Part shown: one piece after another, positions 1 to 9,868 of the stretch
Layout: each line of letters begins with the position of its first letter
How positions within the stretch are numbered: position 1 is the stretch's first letter
Origin: Akkermansia muciniphila ATCC BAA-835
GTDB taxonomy: Bacteria > Verrucomicrobiota > Verrucomicrobiia > Verrucomicrobiales > Akkermansiaceae
Assembly (NCBI RefSeq): GCF_000020225.1
Contig: NC_010655.1
Coordinates: 270,001 to 302,000 of the forward strand
Direction of reading: 5' to 3'
DNA: 32,000 bases
Notes under the pieces: generated by a model
Database searches by the model: none
The model's input: only the letters and a program-made list of their open reading frames with translations
What the model was told of the DNA's origin: nothing
Made by a program: the position numbers and the translations under genes

Positions 1-333
1 GAAAAAACGCTTCAACTCCGGAGGGCGGAAAAACCGCCTTTCTCTGGGAGATGGTTCCACCTCATACTTTCCGGAAAGGGCCTGCACATCCGGCTCATGA
101 ATCCACAGGAAAGCTTTTTGACACACCGCCTGGCGGCACGCCAGCCCCACCACGGCCAGCAGGGAAAGGAACGCCAGGACAAACGCCCACAGGGCCAGCC
201 GCTTTCTCCACCACGCATAAACGGCGGCCAGCCCCGCCACACTGCCCGCGCAAACCCAGAACCCCCAGGAACGGGAAAGGAAGGCCAGGGCATCCGCCAG
301 CACGGAAAATCCATGAGAAAGATCATTCCACAT
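1..333 (-). CDS. hypothetical multi-pass membrane protein, N-terminal 111 codons (gene runs off the left edge)
   Basis: ATG at 333-331. Hand translation stays open to base 1 (MWNDLSHGFSVLADALAFLSRSWGFWVCAGSVAGLAAVYAWW...WAFVLAFLSLLAVVGLA...) and contains helix-like hydrophobic segments. It is absent from the ORF track because no stop lies in the window. The listed 12..326 ORF is a different, W/R/P-rich frame. Confidence 0.45.
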   Translation of the reverse strand, partial: MWNDLSHGFSVLADALAFLSRSWGFWVCAGSVAGLAAVYAWWRKRLALWAFVLAFLSLLAVVGLACRQAVCQKAFLWIHEPDVQALSGKYEVEPSPRERRFFRPPELKRFF

Positions 334-499
334 AGGTGCTCCAGAATCTCCGGAACATAGTCAAAGTCAAGACAACAATGCCGCCTTTCAAGGCACGGGC
401 CTCAGGCTGTGCCCCGATAAAAAACTCCCGTCATCACTCCTGAAAATATTCCTCCGCGCTTTTCTCACAGGCTCCAATCAGGTAAGAAGCATCTGAACC

Positions 500-3256
500 A
501 TGAAAAGCGCAGCACATCATCAGGGGCTTTCGGAACAGCAGGTTCTGGAAAACCGGACCAGATACGGGATCAATATCCTGACTCCCCCGGAAAAGGAACC
601 CCTGTGGAAGCAATTTCTGGAGAAATTTTCAGACCCCATCATCAAAATTCTGCTGGTGGCCCTGCTCCTGTCCGTAGGCGTGGCTTTCTACCAGTTTTTC
701 ACCGGAACGGAATCGGCCAGCGTCTTCCTGGAGCCCGCGGGCATCCTGGCGGCCATCCTGCTGGCCACCTGCGTGGGGTTCGCCTTCGAGGTAAGCGCTA
801 ACAAGAAGTTTGAAATCCTGAACCAGGTCAATGACGACACCATGGTCCAGGTCATCCGCGGCGGCAATATCTGCGAATTGCCCCGCCGGGACGTGGTGGT
901 GGGCGATATCGTCATCCTGAACACAGGGGAGGAGGTACCGGCGGACGGCGTCCTGCTGGAAGCCGTTTCCCTCCAGGTCAATGAATCCACACTGACGGGG
1001 GAACCCCTCATCGGCAAAACCACGAATGAAGCGGAATTCAAGAAGGATGCCACCTACCCCTCCAACCACGTCCTGAAAGGAACCACCGTGGCGGACGGCC
1101 ACGGCGTCATGGAAGTGACTTCCGTGGGTGACAAAACGGAATACGGCAAGGTTTATGAAGGCTCCCAGATCGACAACAAGGTGCAGACGCCCCTCAACCG
1201 CCAGCTTTCCAGGCTGGGCGATCTCATCACCTGGGCCAGCTACGCCATCGCCGCCCTCATCGTCATCGGGCGCCTCACCCTGTATTTTTCCCATCTGCCG
1301 GGCCCCGTGGAATGGCTGAGCGCGGGAACCTACATTCTGAATACCGTCATGATTGCCGTGACCGTCATCGTAGTCACGGTGCCGGAAGGGCTGCCCATGA
1401 GCGTCACTCTGAGCCTGGCGCTGAGCATGAAGAGCATGCTCGCCAACAACAACCTGGTGCGCAAGATGCACTCCTGCGAGACCATGGGGGCCGCCACCGT
1501 CATCTGCACGGATAAGACGGGCACCCTGACGCGCAACCAGATGAACGTGTACAAGGCGGATTTTTACGGGTTGGGGAACGCCGTCCCGACGGAAGACGAG
1601 CCGGGCAACCTGATCAGGGAGGGAATCGCCGTCAACTCCACCGCTTTCCTGGATTACGCAGACCCGGAACATATCAGGGCCCTGGGCAATCCCACGGAAG
1701 GGGCGCTCCTCCTGTGGCTGCACGGGCTGGGCGTGAATTACCTGGACCTGCGGGAAAACGCCCGCGTGCTGGAACAGCTCACTTTCTCCACGGAACGCAA
1801 GTACATGGCTACCGTAGCGGAATCCCCCCTGCTGGGCAAAAAAGTCCTTTACGTGAAAGGCGCGCCGGAAATCGTGCTGGGGCTCTGCTCCACCGTCCTG
1901 ACTCCGGAAGGCCAGGTACCCGCCGCGGACATGCGCCCCGCCATTGAGGAACAGCTCCTGGCCTACCAGAACCAGGCCATGCGCACGCTGGGCTTCGCGT
2001 ACCGCATTCTGGAGGATGACGCCCCGGTGTTCGAGGACGGCCGCATCATCCGCAAAGACCTGGTTTACCTGGGCATCACCGCCATTTCCGACCCCGTCCG
2101 GGACGATGTGCCCCAAGCCGTGAAGGACTGCATGGACGCGGGCATCCGCATCAAAATTGTCACGGGGGACACTCCCGGCACCGCACGGGAAATCGGCCGC
2201 CAGATCGGCCTGTGGACGGAGGAGGATTCTCCGGACCGCCTGATGACGGGAGTGGAATTCGAGCAGACTCCGGACGCGGAACTGCTGGACCGCGTGATGG
2301 ATCTGAAAATCATGTGCCGCGCCAGGCCCATGGATAAGGAACGGCTGGTCAAACTGCTCCAGAAGAAGGACCAGGTAGTGGCCGTCACCGGGGACGGCAC
2401 CAACGACGCCCCCGCTCTGAACGCCGCGCAGGTGGGGCTTTCCATGGGAGACGGCACCACCGTAGCCAAGGAAGCCAGCGCCATCACCATTCTGGACAAT
2501 TCCTTCATGAGCATTTCCCGCGCCGTCATGTGGGGGCGTTCCCTGTACAGGAATATCCAGCGCTTCATCGTCTTCCAGATGACCATTAACGTGGCGGCCT
2601 GCCTCATTGTGCTCATCGGCGCATTCCTGGGCACGGAATCCCCCCTCACCGTCACTCAGATGCTCTGGGTGAACCTCATCATGGACACCTTCGCCGCGCT
2701 GGCGCTGGCCTCCCTGCCGCCGGACGAACGCGTGATGCAGGACCCGCCGCGCAAGACCACGGACCACATCATCACCCGCCCCATGGGCCGGAACATCCTG
2801 GGCGTGGGCATCCTGTTCGTCGCTTTCCTGTTCGGCCTGCTGCAATATTTCAAGCATGCGGACATTACCAGCCTCACGCAGTTCAGCCTCTGCGGCTACT
2901 TCCGCAGCTACCTGGATTTTTCCGCCCCGGAACATGAACTGACGGGTTATGAACTGTCCCTGTTTTTCACCATTTTCGTCCTGCTCCAATTCTGGAACAT
3001 GTTCAACGCCAAAGCATTCAACACGCACCAGAGCGCCTTTGCACGCATGGGCGCCAGCATTGGCGGCTTCGGTCTGGTAGCCCTGCTTATCCTAGCCGGG
3101 CAGTACCTCATCGTCACCTTTGGCGGAAAGATGTTCAACGTGGTGCCCCTGAGCTGGACAGACTGGGGCCTCATCTTCGCAGGCACCTCCCTTGTCCTGT
3201 GGTTCGGAGAACTGGCGCGGGCATTCACTCCGGATAAATCCGACGCCCGCTCCTGA
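500..3256 (+). CDS. calcium-translocating P-type ATPase (type II, PMCA/SERCA-like)
   Basis: 918 aa with the P-type signatures LTGEP (actuator), PEGLP in a TM segment, CTDKTGTLT (phospho-Asp) and VTGDGTNDAPAL (hinge). About 10 hydrophobic segments. Confidence 0.9.
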   Translation: MKSAAHHQGLSEQQVLENRTRYGINILTPPEKEPLWKQFLEKFSDPIIKILLVALLLSVGVAFYQFFTGTESASVFLEPAGILAAILLATCVGFAFEVSANKKFEILNQVNDDTMVQVIRGGNICELPRRDVVVGDIVILNTGEEVPADGVLLEAVSLQVNESTLTGEPLIGKTTNEAEFKKDATYPSNHVLKGTTVADGHGVMEVTSVGDKTEYGKVYEGSQIDNKVQTPLNRQLSRLGDLITWASYAIAALIVIGRLTLYFSHLPGPVEWLSAGTYILNTVMIAVTVIVVTVPEGLPMSVTLSLALSMKSMLANNNLVRKMHSCETMGAATVICTDKTGTLTRNQMNVYKADFYGLGNAVPTEDEPGNLIREGIAVNSTAFLDYADPEHIRALGNPTEGALLLWLHGLGVNYLDLRENARVLEQLTFSTERKYMATVAESPLLGKKVLYVKGAPEIVLGLCSTVLTPEGQVPAADMRPAIEEQLLAYQNQAMRTLGFAYRILEDDAPVFEDGRIIRKDLVYLGITAISDPVRDDVPQAVKDCMDAGIRIKIVTGDTPGTAREIGRQIGLWTEEDSPDRLMTGVEFEQTPDAELLDRVMDLKIMCRARPMDKERLVKLLQKKDQVVAVTGDGTNDAPALNAAQVGLSMGDGTTVAKEASAITILDNSFMSISRAVMWGRSLYRNIQRFIVFQMTINVAACLIVLIGAFLGTESPLTVTQMLWVNLIMDTFAALALASLPPDERVMQDPPRKTTDHIITRPMGRNILGVGILFVAFLFGLLQYFKHADITSLTQFSLCGYFRSYLDFSAPEHELTGYELSLFFTIFVLLQFWNMFNAKAFNTHQSAFARMGASIGGFGLVALLILAGQYLIVTFGGKMFNVVPLSWTDWGLIFAGTSLVLWFGELARAFTPDKSDARS

Positions 3257-3354
3257 ACCGTCCGGGGGAATTCCCCCCGCGCATGACGCGGACGGCGACG
3301 CCGCCCGGAAAACCTTCTTTCAACAAAGGCGCCCGCAGGCGTGTCATTCCCAGC

Positions 3355-4512
3355 ATGGACTTGACACGCCTGACGGGCTCTATCTCCAGCCCCGCCGTTT
3401 TCCTCTTCCTGCTTTCCCTCTTTTTTGCCGGGTGTAAAAAGACGGAACAGGTTCCGCATGAAACGCCCACGCTTATTTATGAACACCCCGTCACCATGGA
3501 TATTCCGGTGACGGGCAGCTGGGTGGGCCACCTGGACGGCGTGGACAACGCCTCCATCGTCCCCCAGATTACGGGCTACCTTCAAACGCAGAATTACGCC
3601 AATGGCGCTATTGTGAAGAAGGGGGAAGTACTCTTCCGCATTGACGATTCCACGTTCAGGGACCAGGTATCCAAGGCCAAAGCCACCCTGGCCCAGGCAC
3701 AGGCCCAGCTACAGCAGTTGAATTACGACGCGGAAATTTACAGGCCCCTGGCTGCGGAGAATGCCATTTCCAAGCAGAAATACGAGGATACGCGCCTGTC
3801 TGCTCTTGCCGCGGAAGCACAGGTGCAGCAGGCGGCGGCGGCCCTGGCCCTGGCTGAAAAAAATCTTTCCTATACGGTGCTGTACGCGCCTTTTGACGGA
3901 ATAGCCGGCATCTCCAGGACAAACATCGGCGACCTGGTCAGCCCGGAAAGCGGCCCGCTTGCCGTCGTCTCCTCCGTCAATCCCATCCGCGTCAATTTCG
4001 CCGTCACCCAGCAGGAATGGATTCAGCAGGCGGGGAAAAACGGGAATGAAGGCGTCCAGACGGGCAGCAAGCTGGACATTACGCTGAAAGACGGCACCAA
4101 ATACCCGGAACAGGCCACGGTAGTTGCCATTGACCGGGCGTTCAATCCCCAGACAGGCACCATCCGCGTACAGGCCAACCTTCCCAATGCGGACTATCTG
4201 CTGCGCCCCGGCATGTTCATCATCGCCACGGCCCGGCTGGCCACCGTCAAAAACGCGCTGACCGTTCCGGCAAAATCCCTTCTTTCGACACAGGGGCGCT
4301 TTTTCGTGATTGTTCTGGACGGGAGCAACCACCCTTCCATCATCCCCGTACAGGCCGGGACGCAGCTTGGAGACCGGCAGCAGGTTATTCCTCTGAAACC
4401 GGATTCCCTCACCCCCCAAAGCAAAGTGGTCGTGGACGGTCTTCTCCAGGCGGAAGCAGCCTCCAGAAATCCGGCCGCCCGCCTGAAAGCGGTACCCGCC
4501 AGCAACCAATAA
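3355..4512 (+). CDS. efflux RND transporter periplasmic adaptor subunit (membrane fusion lipoprotein)
   Basis: The ORF opens at 3283, but ATG 3355 (MDLTRL...) precedes a signal peptide with lipobox LFFAGC. Coiled-coil AQAQAQLQQ...AAAALALAEKNL and the beta-barrel region are typical of the AcrA/MexA family. The gene ends 12 nt before the pump gene. Confidence 0.85.
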   Translation: MDLTRLTGSISSPAVFLFLLSLFFAGCKKTEQVPHETPTLIYEHPVTMDIPVTGSWVGHLDGVDNASIVPQITGYLQTQNYANGAIVKKGEVLFRIDDSTFRDQVSKAKATLAQAQAQLQQLNYDAEIYRPLAAENAISKQKYEDTRLSALAAEAQVQQAAAALALAEKNLSYTVLYAPFDGIAGISRTNIGDLVSPESGPLAVVSSVNPIRVNFAVTQQEWIQQAGKNGNEGVQTGSKLDITLKDGTKYPEQATVVAIDRAFNPQTGTIRVQANLPNADYLLRPGMFIIATARLATVKNALTVPAKSLLSTQGRFFVIVLDGSNHPSIIPVQAGTQLGDRQQVIPLKPDSLTPQSKVVVDGLLQAEAASRNPAARLKAVPASNQ

Positions 4513-4524
4513 GCTCCTCCCGCC

Positions 4525-7500
4525 ATGGCTGATTTCTTCATCAAGCGCCCCATCCTTTCCATCTGCCTCTCCGTCATCATTGTCCTCCTGGGGGCCTTTT
4601 CCATTCTGCGCCTGCCCATCTCCGAGTACCCGGACATCATCCCCCCCTCCATCCAGGTGACGGCCACTTATCCCGGAGCGGACTGTGAAACGGTGGTCAA
4701 GTCTATCGCATCCCCCATCGAACAGCAAATGTCCGGCGTGGACGGCATGTCCTACATGACTTCCGTCAACACCAACAACGGGCAAATGAGCATGATGATC
4801 CTTTTTGAAATCGGCACGGAAGCCAACATGGACCAGGTACTTTCTTATCTGCGCTACGGGCAGGCCACCTCCCAGCTGCCGTCGGAAGTCAGCGCGCTGG
4901 GAGTCTCCCTGCGCAAGACAAGCGGTCTGCCCGCCCTGGTCGTCAGCCTGTATTCTCCCCAGGGGACTTATGACGGCCTCTGGCTGGCCAATTACGCCTA
5001 TATCAATATGGTGGACGCCATCAAGCGCGTGCCCGGAGTAGGAGACGTGCAGGTGTTCGGGGCAGGCCGCTACGCCATGCGCATCTGGCTGAACCCGGAA
5101 AAGATGGCCGCTCTGAATATTACGGCCAGGGACGTGATGCTGGCCGTTCAGGCCCAGAACGCCGTGAATCCTGCGGGCAAGATAGGCGCACAGCCCGCTC
5201 CGCCGGACCAGCAGCTTTCCTTCACCGTGAAAGCTCCAGGCCGCCTGACGAGCGTGAAAGAATTCGAAAATATCGTGGTACGCGGGCAGGACAGTTCCAT
5301 CGTAAGAGTGGGAGATATCGCCCGCGTGGAACTGGGCTCGGAAACCTACAGCCTCAGTTCTTCCGTAAACGGCATGCCCGCCGCTTCCATCGGCATTTAC
5401 GAGGCGCCCGGAGGAAATGCCATCCAGCTGGTGGACAATATCAAAGACCTGCTGAAGGATACGGATATGCCTCCCGGCATGGATTACCTCGTTTCCCTGG
5501 ATTCCACGCTGGCCGTCCGCGCCGGGATTGAAGATATCGTCAGCACGCTGGTGATTGCCCTGGGCCTGGTGGTGCTGGTGGTTTTCATTTTCCTCCAGGG
5601 CTGGCGCGGTACGCTGATTCCGGCCTTTGCCGTTCCGGTGTCTATCGTGGGCGCCTTCATCGCCTTTCCATTATTCGGTTTTTCCATCAATACCATCTGC
5701 CTGATGGGGCTGGTGCTGGCCATCGGCCTGGTCGTGGACGACGCCATTGTGGTGGTGGAAGCAGTAAAGAACCATATTTCCAATGGAGAAAAGCCCCTCC
5801 AGGCCACCATTGCGGCCATGAAGGAAGTATCCGGCCCCATCGTCAGCACGGCGCTGGTGATTTCCTGCGTCTTTATCCCCACGCTGCTGTTGCCCGGCGT
5901 CACAGGCAAACTGTTCGAACAGTTCGCCGTGACCATCGGCATGTCCATCATCATTTCCGCCTTCTGCGCCCTGTCCCTCAGCCCCACCCTGTCCGCCGGG
6001 CTGCTGAGAGGGGGGAAAGCTGACTCCATTCCCCTGCTGGGGCCCTTTTTCAAATTGTTCAACAAGGGTTTCAACAAGGCGCGCGACTGGTACGTGGAAA
6101 TCTGCGCCAGGCTTATCCGGCACATGTGGCTGTCCATCCTGCTGCTGGCCGCTATGACCGCCCTTCTCTTTCCCCTGGCCAAACTTATTCCCAGCGGATT
6201 CCTTCCCAATGAAGACCAGGGCTACCTGTTCGGCGGCGTGGAACTGCCGGATAATACATCCCTGAACGTCACGGCAGACACCGCCGCGCGGATTGAGAAA
6301 ATCATCAGGGAGGATCCGGGCGTGGACGTAGTGACTACCGTCAACGGCTTCAACCTCATCAGCTCCGTCCAAAGCTCATCCAACTCCTTCTTCTTCATTT
6401 CCCTGAAACCGTGGTCCGAACGGACTGCTCCGGGCATGACGGCGGACGGCATCGCCGCACGCCTGAAAAGCAGGCTGAACGCGGAAATTTCCTCCGGCGT
6501 GGCGTATGTGGTTCCGCCGCCGCCCCTGCCTGGCGTAGGAACGTCCGGGGATGTCACATTCCTGCTGGAGGACCGCCAGGGAATCGGGGAAAAATTCCTG
6601 GCCGCCAACACGTCCAAATTCATCGAGGCAGCGGAAAAGAGGCCGGAAATAGCGGACATCAGCAATTTCATGTCTCCCTCCAACCTTCAGTACAACCTGA
6701 ATGTAAACACGGAGCAGGCCACTCTCCAGAATATGGACGTGGATGAAATTTACGCCACCATCCAGGCATACATGGGAAGCACCTTCCTGAACAATTTCAA
6801 TATTTACGGGCAGGAATGGCAGGTGTACATGCAGGCGGACGCACCGTACCGGGACAGCATCGACAAGCTTTCCATGTTCTATGTGCGCAACAATGAAGGA
6901 GACCCGGTTCCCCTGGATTCCGTAATCAACGTTACGCACGGCTGGGCCCCGGAATTCCTGATCCGCCAGAATATGTTCAACAGTTCCCAGCTCAACGTCA
7001 CCCCGGCTCCGGGCTATTCCTCCGGCCAGGTCATGAACGCCCTGGAAGAAGTTTTTGCCCAGACCATGCCGTCCGGCATGGGATACGACTATTCCGGAAT
7101 GAGCTACCAGGAAAAACAGGCGCAGAAAGGTATCACCATCGGCATGATCTTTGCGGCATCAGCCGTGTTTGTCTTTTTGATTCTGGCATCCCTGTATGAG
7201 AGCTGGTCCCTGCCCGTAGCCGTCTTCATGACCGCCCCCATTGCCATCCTGGGAGCATTTCTGGCCCTGTGGATAACCGGGCTGGACCTGAACATTTATT
7301 CGGAAATCGGCCTCATCGTCCTGATTGCTCTGGCGGCCAAAAATGCCATCCTCATCGTGGAATTCGCCGTGCTGGAACTCCGTCAGGGCACGGACCTGCT
7401 CACGGCCACCCTGGATGCGGCCAGAATCCGCCTGCGCCCCATCCTGATGACCAGCATCGCCTTTATCATGGGCTGCCTTCCTCTGGCCGTAGCCACGGGA

Positions 7501-7695
7501 GCGGGCGCAGCGGCGCGGCAGGTGGTAGGCATCGGGGTCATCGGCGGCATGATGACAGCCGTCTTCATCGGGGTATTTTTCATTCCTTCCTTCTTCTACC
7601 TGATTGCCAAACTTGCCAGGCTGGACAAAAAAGCGGCGCGGAAACTCCAGGAAACGGAACAGGGAACTCCCACCCCTGCGAAGCAGGCCGAATGA
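4525..7695 (+). CDS. efflux RND transporter permease (HAE1/AcrB-MexB family)
   Basis: 1056 aa. The N-terminus MADFFIKRPILSICLSVIIVLLG is the canonical AcrB start. Twelve TM segments and two large periplasmic loops. The conserved LAIGLVVDDAIVVVE motif is in TM4. Confidence 0.92.
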   Translation: MADFFIKRPILSICLSVIIVLLGAFSILRLPISEYPDIIPPSIQVTATYPGADCETVVKSIASPIEQQMSGVDGMSYMTSVNTNNGQMSMMILFEIGTEANMDQVLSYLRYGQATSQLPSEVSALGVSLRKTSGLPALVVSLYSPQGTYDGLWLANYAYINMVDAIKRVPGVGDVQVFGAGRYAMRIWLNPEKMAALNITARDVMLAVQAQNAVNPAGKIGAQPAPPDQQLSFTVKAPGRLTSVKEFENIVVRGQDSSIVRVGDIARVELGSETYSLSSSVNGMPAASIGIYEAPGGNAIQLVDNIKDLLKDTDMPPGMDYLVSLDSTLAVRAGIEDIVSTLVIALGLVVLVVFIFLQGWRGTLIPAFAVPVSIVGAFIAFPLFGFSINTICLMGLVLAIGLVVDDAIVVVEAVKNHISNGEKPLQATIAAMKEVSGPIVSTALVISCVFIPTLLLPGVTGKLFEQFAVTIGMSIIISAFCALSLSPTLSAGLLRGGKADSIPLLGPFFKLFNKGFNKARDWYVEICARLIRHMWLSILLLAAMTALLFPLAKLIPSGFLPNEDQGYLFGGVELPDNTSLNVTADTAARIEKIIREDPGVDVVTTVNGFNLISSVQSSSNSFFFISLKPWSERTAPGMTADGIAARLKSRLNAEISSGVAYVVPPPPLPGVGTSGDVTFLLEDRQGIGEKFLAANTSKFIEAAEKRPEIADISNFMSPSNLQYNLNVNTEQATLQNMDVDEIYATIQAYMGSTFLNNFNIYGQEWQVYMQADAPYRDSIDKLSMFYVRNNEGDPVPLDSVINVTHGWAPEFLIRQNMFNSSQLNVTPAPGYSSGQVMNALEEVFAQTMPSGMGYDYSGMSYQEKQAQKGITIGMIFAASAVFVFLILASLYESWSLPVAVFMTAPIAILGAFLALWITGLDLNIYSEIGLIVLIALAAKNAILIVEFAVLELRQGTDLLTATLDAARIRLRPILMTSIAFIMGCLPLAVATGAGAAARQVVGIGVIGGMMTAVFIGVFFIPSFFYLIAKLARLDKKAARKLQETEQGTPTPAKQAE

Positions 7696-7741
7696 CACTT
7701 CCGAAACGGGAAAACGGCTCCCTCACAGCTTCCCATTCCCC

Positions 7742-9124
7742 CTACATCCAGAATATCCAGGCCCAGAAAGCCTTCACGAAAACGAGCACCACATTAATCA
7801 GCAGCCCCACCTTCACCATGGTCATCTGAGGGAATTTTCCCGTCGCGAAGGCCAGGGCGTTGGGAGGAGTGGAAACGGGGAGCATGAAGGCGCAGGAAGC
7901 GCCTATGCCTACCAGAAGCACCAGCGGCGTAGCAGACATGCCCATGGCGGAGGCTACCGTGACCATCAGCGGGGCCACCAGGGCCGCACTGGCCGTATTG
8001 GAACAGAATTCCGTCAGCGACGTAATGAAGAGGCTGATGATGAGCAGGATGACGATGGGGCTCTGCCCCATGGCGAGAGAAGATACCTGGTCCGCCAGGA
8101 ATCCCGCCGCCCCCGTCTGGACGAGAATGCTGCTGAGCGTGATGCCTCCCCCAAACAGGAGCAGGACGCCCCAGTCCGTATTTTTGGCGATGCCGCTCCA
8201 GTTGATAACCCCGCACAGCGGCAGCAGCACCGCAGCACTCAGCGCGATGAGCGTGTCCATGGACGGAATGCCGCCCAAAGCAGAGGAAAGGAAACTGCTG
8301 CACATCCAGCTCCCGGCCACCAGCACGAAGAGAATAAGGACACGCACCTGCCTGGCATTCAACCTGCCCTCCGTTTCTCCCCCTTCCGCCGGCGTCATAT
8401 CCACATGCATCCCCAGACGCGGACGGAAGAAAAGATACATCAGGCAGAAAACGATCACTCCGAACACCAGGACAATGGGCATGGCAATCCGGAACCATTC
8501 CGCAAACCCCATGCCGAGTTCATGCGCCGCAATGGCATTGGGAGGAGACCCCACCAGCGTCCCCATACCGCCGATGGAGGCGCTGTACGCCACACCCAGA
8601 ATAGCAAAAGGAGCCGTCGTCTTAAGTTTTTCCGCCGGAATGCGGTCCAGAAGGCCGATCACCAGAGGAAGCATCATCGCCGCCGTGGCCGTATTGGACA
8701 TCCACATGGAAAGAAACGCCGTAGCCAGGAAAATCAGAATCAGAGCCATCCCCAGACTCCCGCGGGCCATTCGGAGGATTTTTCCCGCCAGCCAGGTATC
8801 AATTTTCTGTTCGTGGAGAGCCCCGGCCAGGGCAAAGCCCCCGAAAAACAGAAAAATGGTAGGATCCGCAAAACCGGACAGGGCCTTCGCCCCCGGCAGA
8901 ATCCCCATCAACATGGCAAGCACCGGCACCAGCAGGGAGGTTACGGTTACGTGCAGGGCTTCCGTCAGCCACAGGATGCCGATAAAGGTAAGAACAGCAA
9001 GACCCCTGGCCACCTCCGGCTCTACGGGAAGCCACTTGAGCATAGCCAGGAAAAGAAGCACGTCACACGCAATGATGATGTAATTGCGGTGCCCTTTGGG
9101 AGTGTCTGTAGTACGGTGGCGCAT
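7742..9124 (-). CDS. DASS/SLC13 family anion (sulfate/di-tricarboxylate):cation symporter
   Basis: 460 aa polytopic protein with ATG at 9124. Motifs LWLTEALHVTVTSLLVP, FGGFALA, SNTATAAMMLP and a second SNTASAAL hairpin are typical of the SLC13/DASS repeat architecture. Confidence 0.85.
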   Translation of the reverse strand: MRHRTTDTPKGHRNYIIIACDVLLFLAMLKWLPVEPEVARGLAVLTFIGILWLTEALHVTVTSLLVPVLAMLMGILPGAKALSGFADPTIFLFFGGFALAGALHEQKIDTWLAGKILRMARGSLGMALILIFLATAFLSMWMSNTATAAMMLPLVIGLLDRIPAEKLKTTAPFAILGVAYSASIGGMGTLVGSPPNAIAAHELGMGFAEWFRIAMPIVLVFGVIVFCLMYLFFRPRLGMHVDMTPAEGGETEGRLNARQVRVLILFVLVAGSWMCSSFLSSALGGIPSMDTLIALSAAVLLPLCGVINWSGIAKNTDWGVLLLFGGGITLSSILVQTGAAGFLADQVSSLAMGQSPIVILLIISLFITSLTEFCSNTASAALVAPLMVTVASAMGMSATPLVLLVGIGASCAFMLPVSTPPNALAFATGKFPQMTMVKVGLLINVVLVFVKAFWAWIFWM

Positions 9125-9330
9125 AAAGCAAAGATAAACGACGCTATTTTCTTTGTACGCATCAGAAAAACAGTGTCAATGCTTTTCCATAAAAATCCCG
9201 GAAAAGGCCTTTCCCGGAAACAGGGAAACACGGACCCGCGCACCGGCTTGAGGATACGCACGGCGCACATTACCGGAAAAGCAGAGCCTCTTCTTCCTGC
9301 TTCTGAAAAATTCAGGAAGCCCATACACGC

Positions 9331-9358
9331 AAAAAACCGCCATGCAATCGCACGGCGG
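9331..9358 (-). terminator. rho-independent terminator downstream of the 9411-9683 gene
   Basis: On the minus strand, stem CCGCCGTGC / GCATGGCGG (one G-U pair) with loop GATT, followed by TTTTTT. Confidence 0.5.
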
Positions 9359-9410
9359 CTTGTAACAACTGTTTGACTGGCGCGCGGAGGGGCAGCCTCC
9401 GCCCGGGCAA

Positions 9411-9683
9411 TTATTCGGCGGCGGGTTCAGCGGCCTTCTTGGCAGCCGGCTTTTTAGCGGGGGCCTTCTTGGCGGCGGCAGCCTTGGTTTCAGTCTTTTT
9501 GGCCGGGGCCTTGGCCGCAGTCTTCTTGGCGGGAGCTTCCTTGGCGGCAGGCTTGGCATCCTTGGCAACGGGAACGGCCAGACGGATAGGCGCATTGGAA
9601 TTCAACTTGGACTGTTCCTTCTTACGCTTGAGGTATTCAATACGTCTGCGGCGCTTGGTGACTTTGCGGATTTGCTGTCCCAT
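9411..9683 (-). CDS. small Lys/Ala/Pro-rich basic protein (histone H1-like tail)
   Basis: ATG at 9683, TAA at 9411-9413. 90 aa with an Arg/Lys-rich N-terminus (KVTKRRRRIEYLKRKKE) followed by AKK/PAKK repeats. It has its own terminator downstream. Confidence 0.6.
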   Translation of the reverse strand: MGQQIRKVTKRRRRIEYLKRKKEQSKLNSNAPIRLAVPVAKDAKPAAKEAPAKKTAAKAPAKKTETKAAAAKKAPAKKPAAKKAAEPAAE

Positions 9684-9868
9684 AGTGATAATTGCTATGA
9701 TATTTACTAATTCTTACGAGCTCCATGTGGCACATGGGCGTGGATACAACTACCAACCCCACCTCCCTTACGCAAGCACAAAGCGTTATTAAGGCACAGA
9801 AAGGCGGAGGCAGTCCCCGGTTACCCCAACCCGCGCGGAAGAGGAAAACAACTTGGATGAAGGAGGCT

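Noticed and set aside
629-3028. 799-aa minus-strand ORF, with similar long antisense ORFs at 3709-4785, 5671-6372, 7604-9376, 7860-9083, 13248-14270, 19712-20458, 21643-22284, 23407-24411, 24678-25403 and 29428-30330.
   Set aside because: Each lies entirely antisense to (or, at 29428-30330, in an alternative frame of) a gene with clear family motifs. Their products are Arg/Gly/His/Pro-rich with no motifs. These are typical shadow ORFs of GC-rich coding DNA.
3355-7695. RND adaptor plus pump without an adjacent outer-membrane factor gene.
   Set aside because: Two-gene RND operons that borrow an unlinked TolC-like channel are common, so this is not informative by itself.
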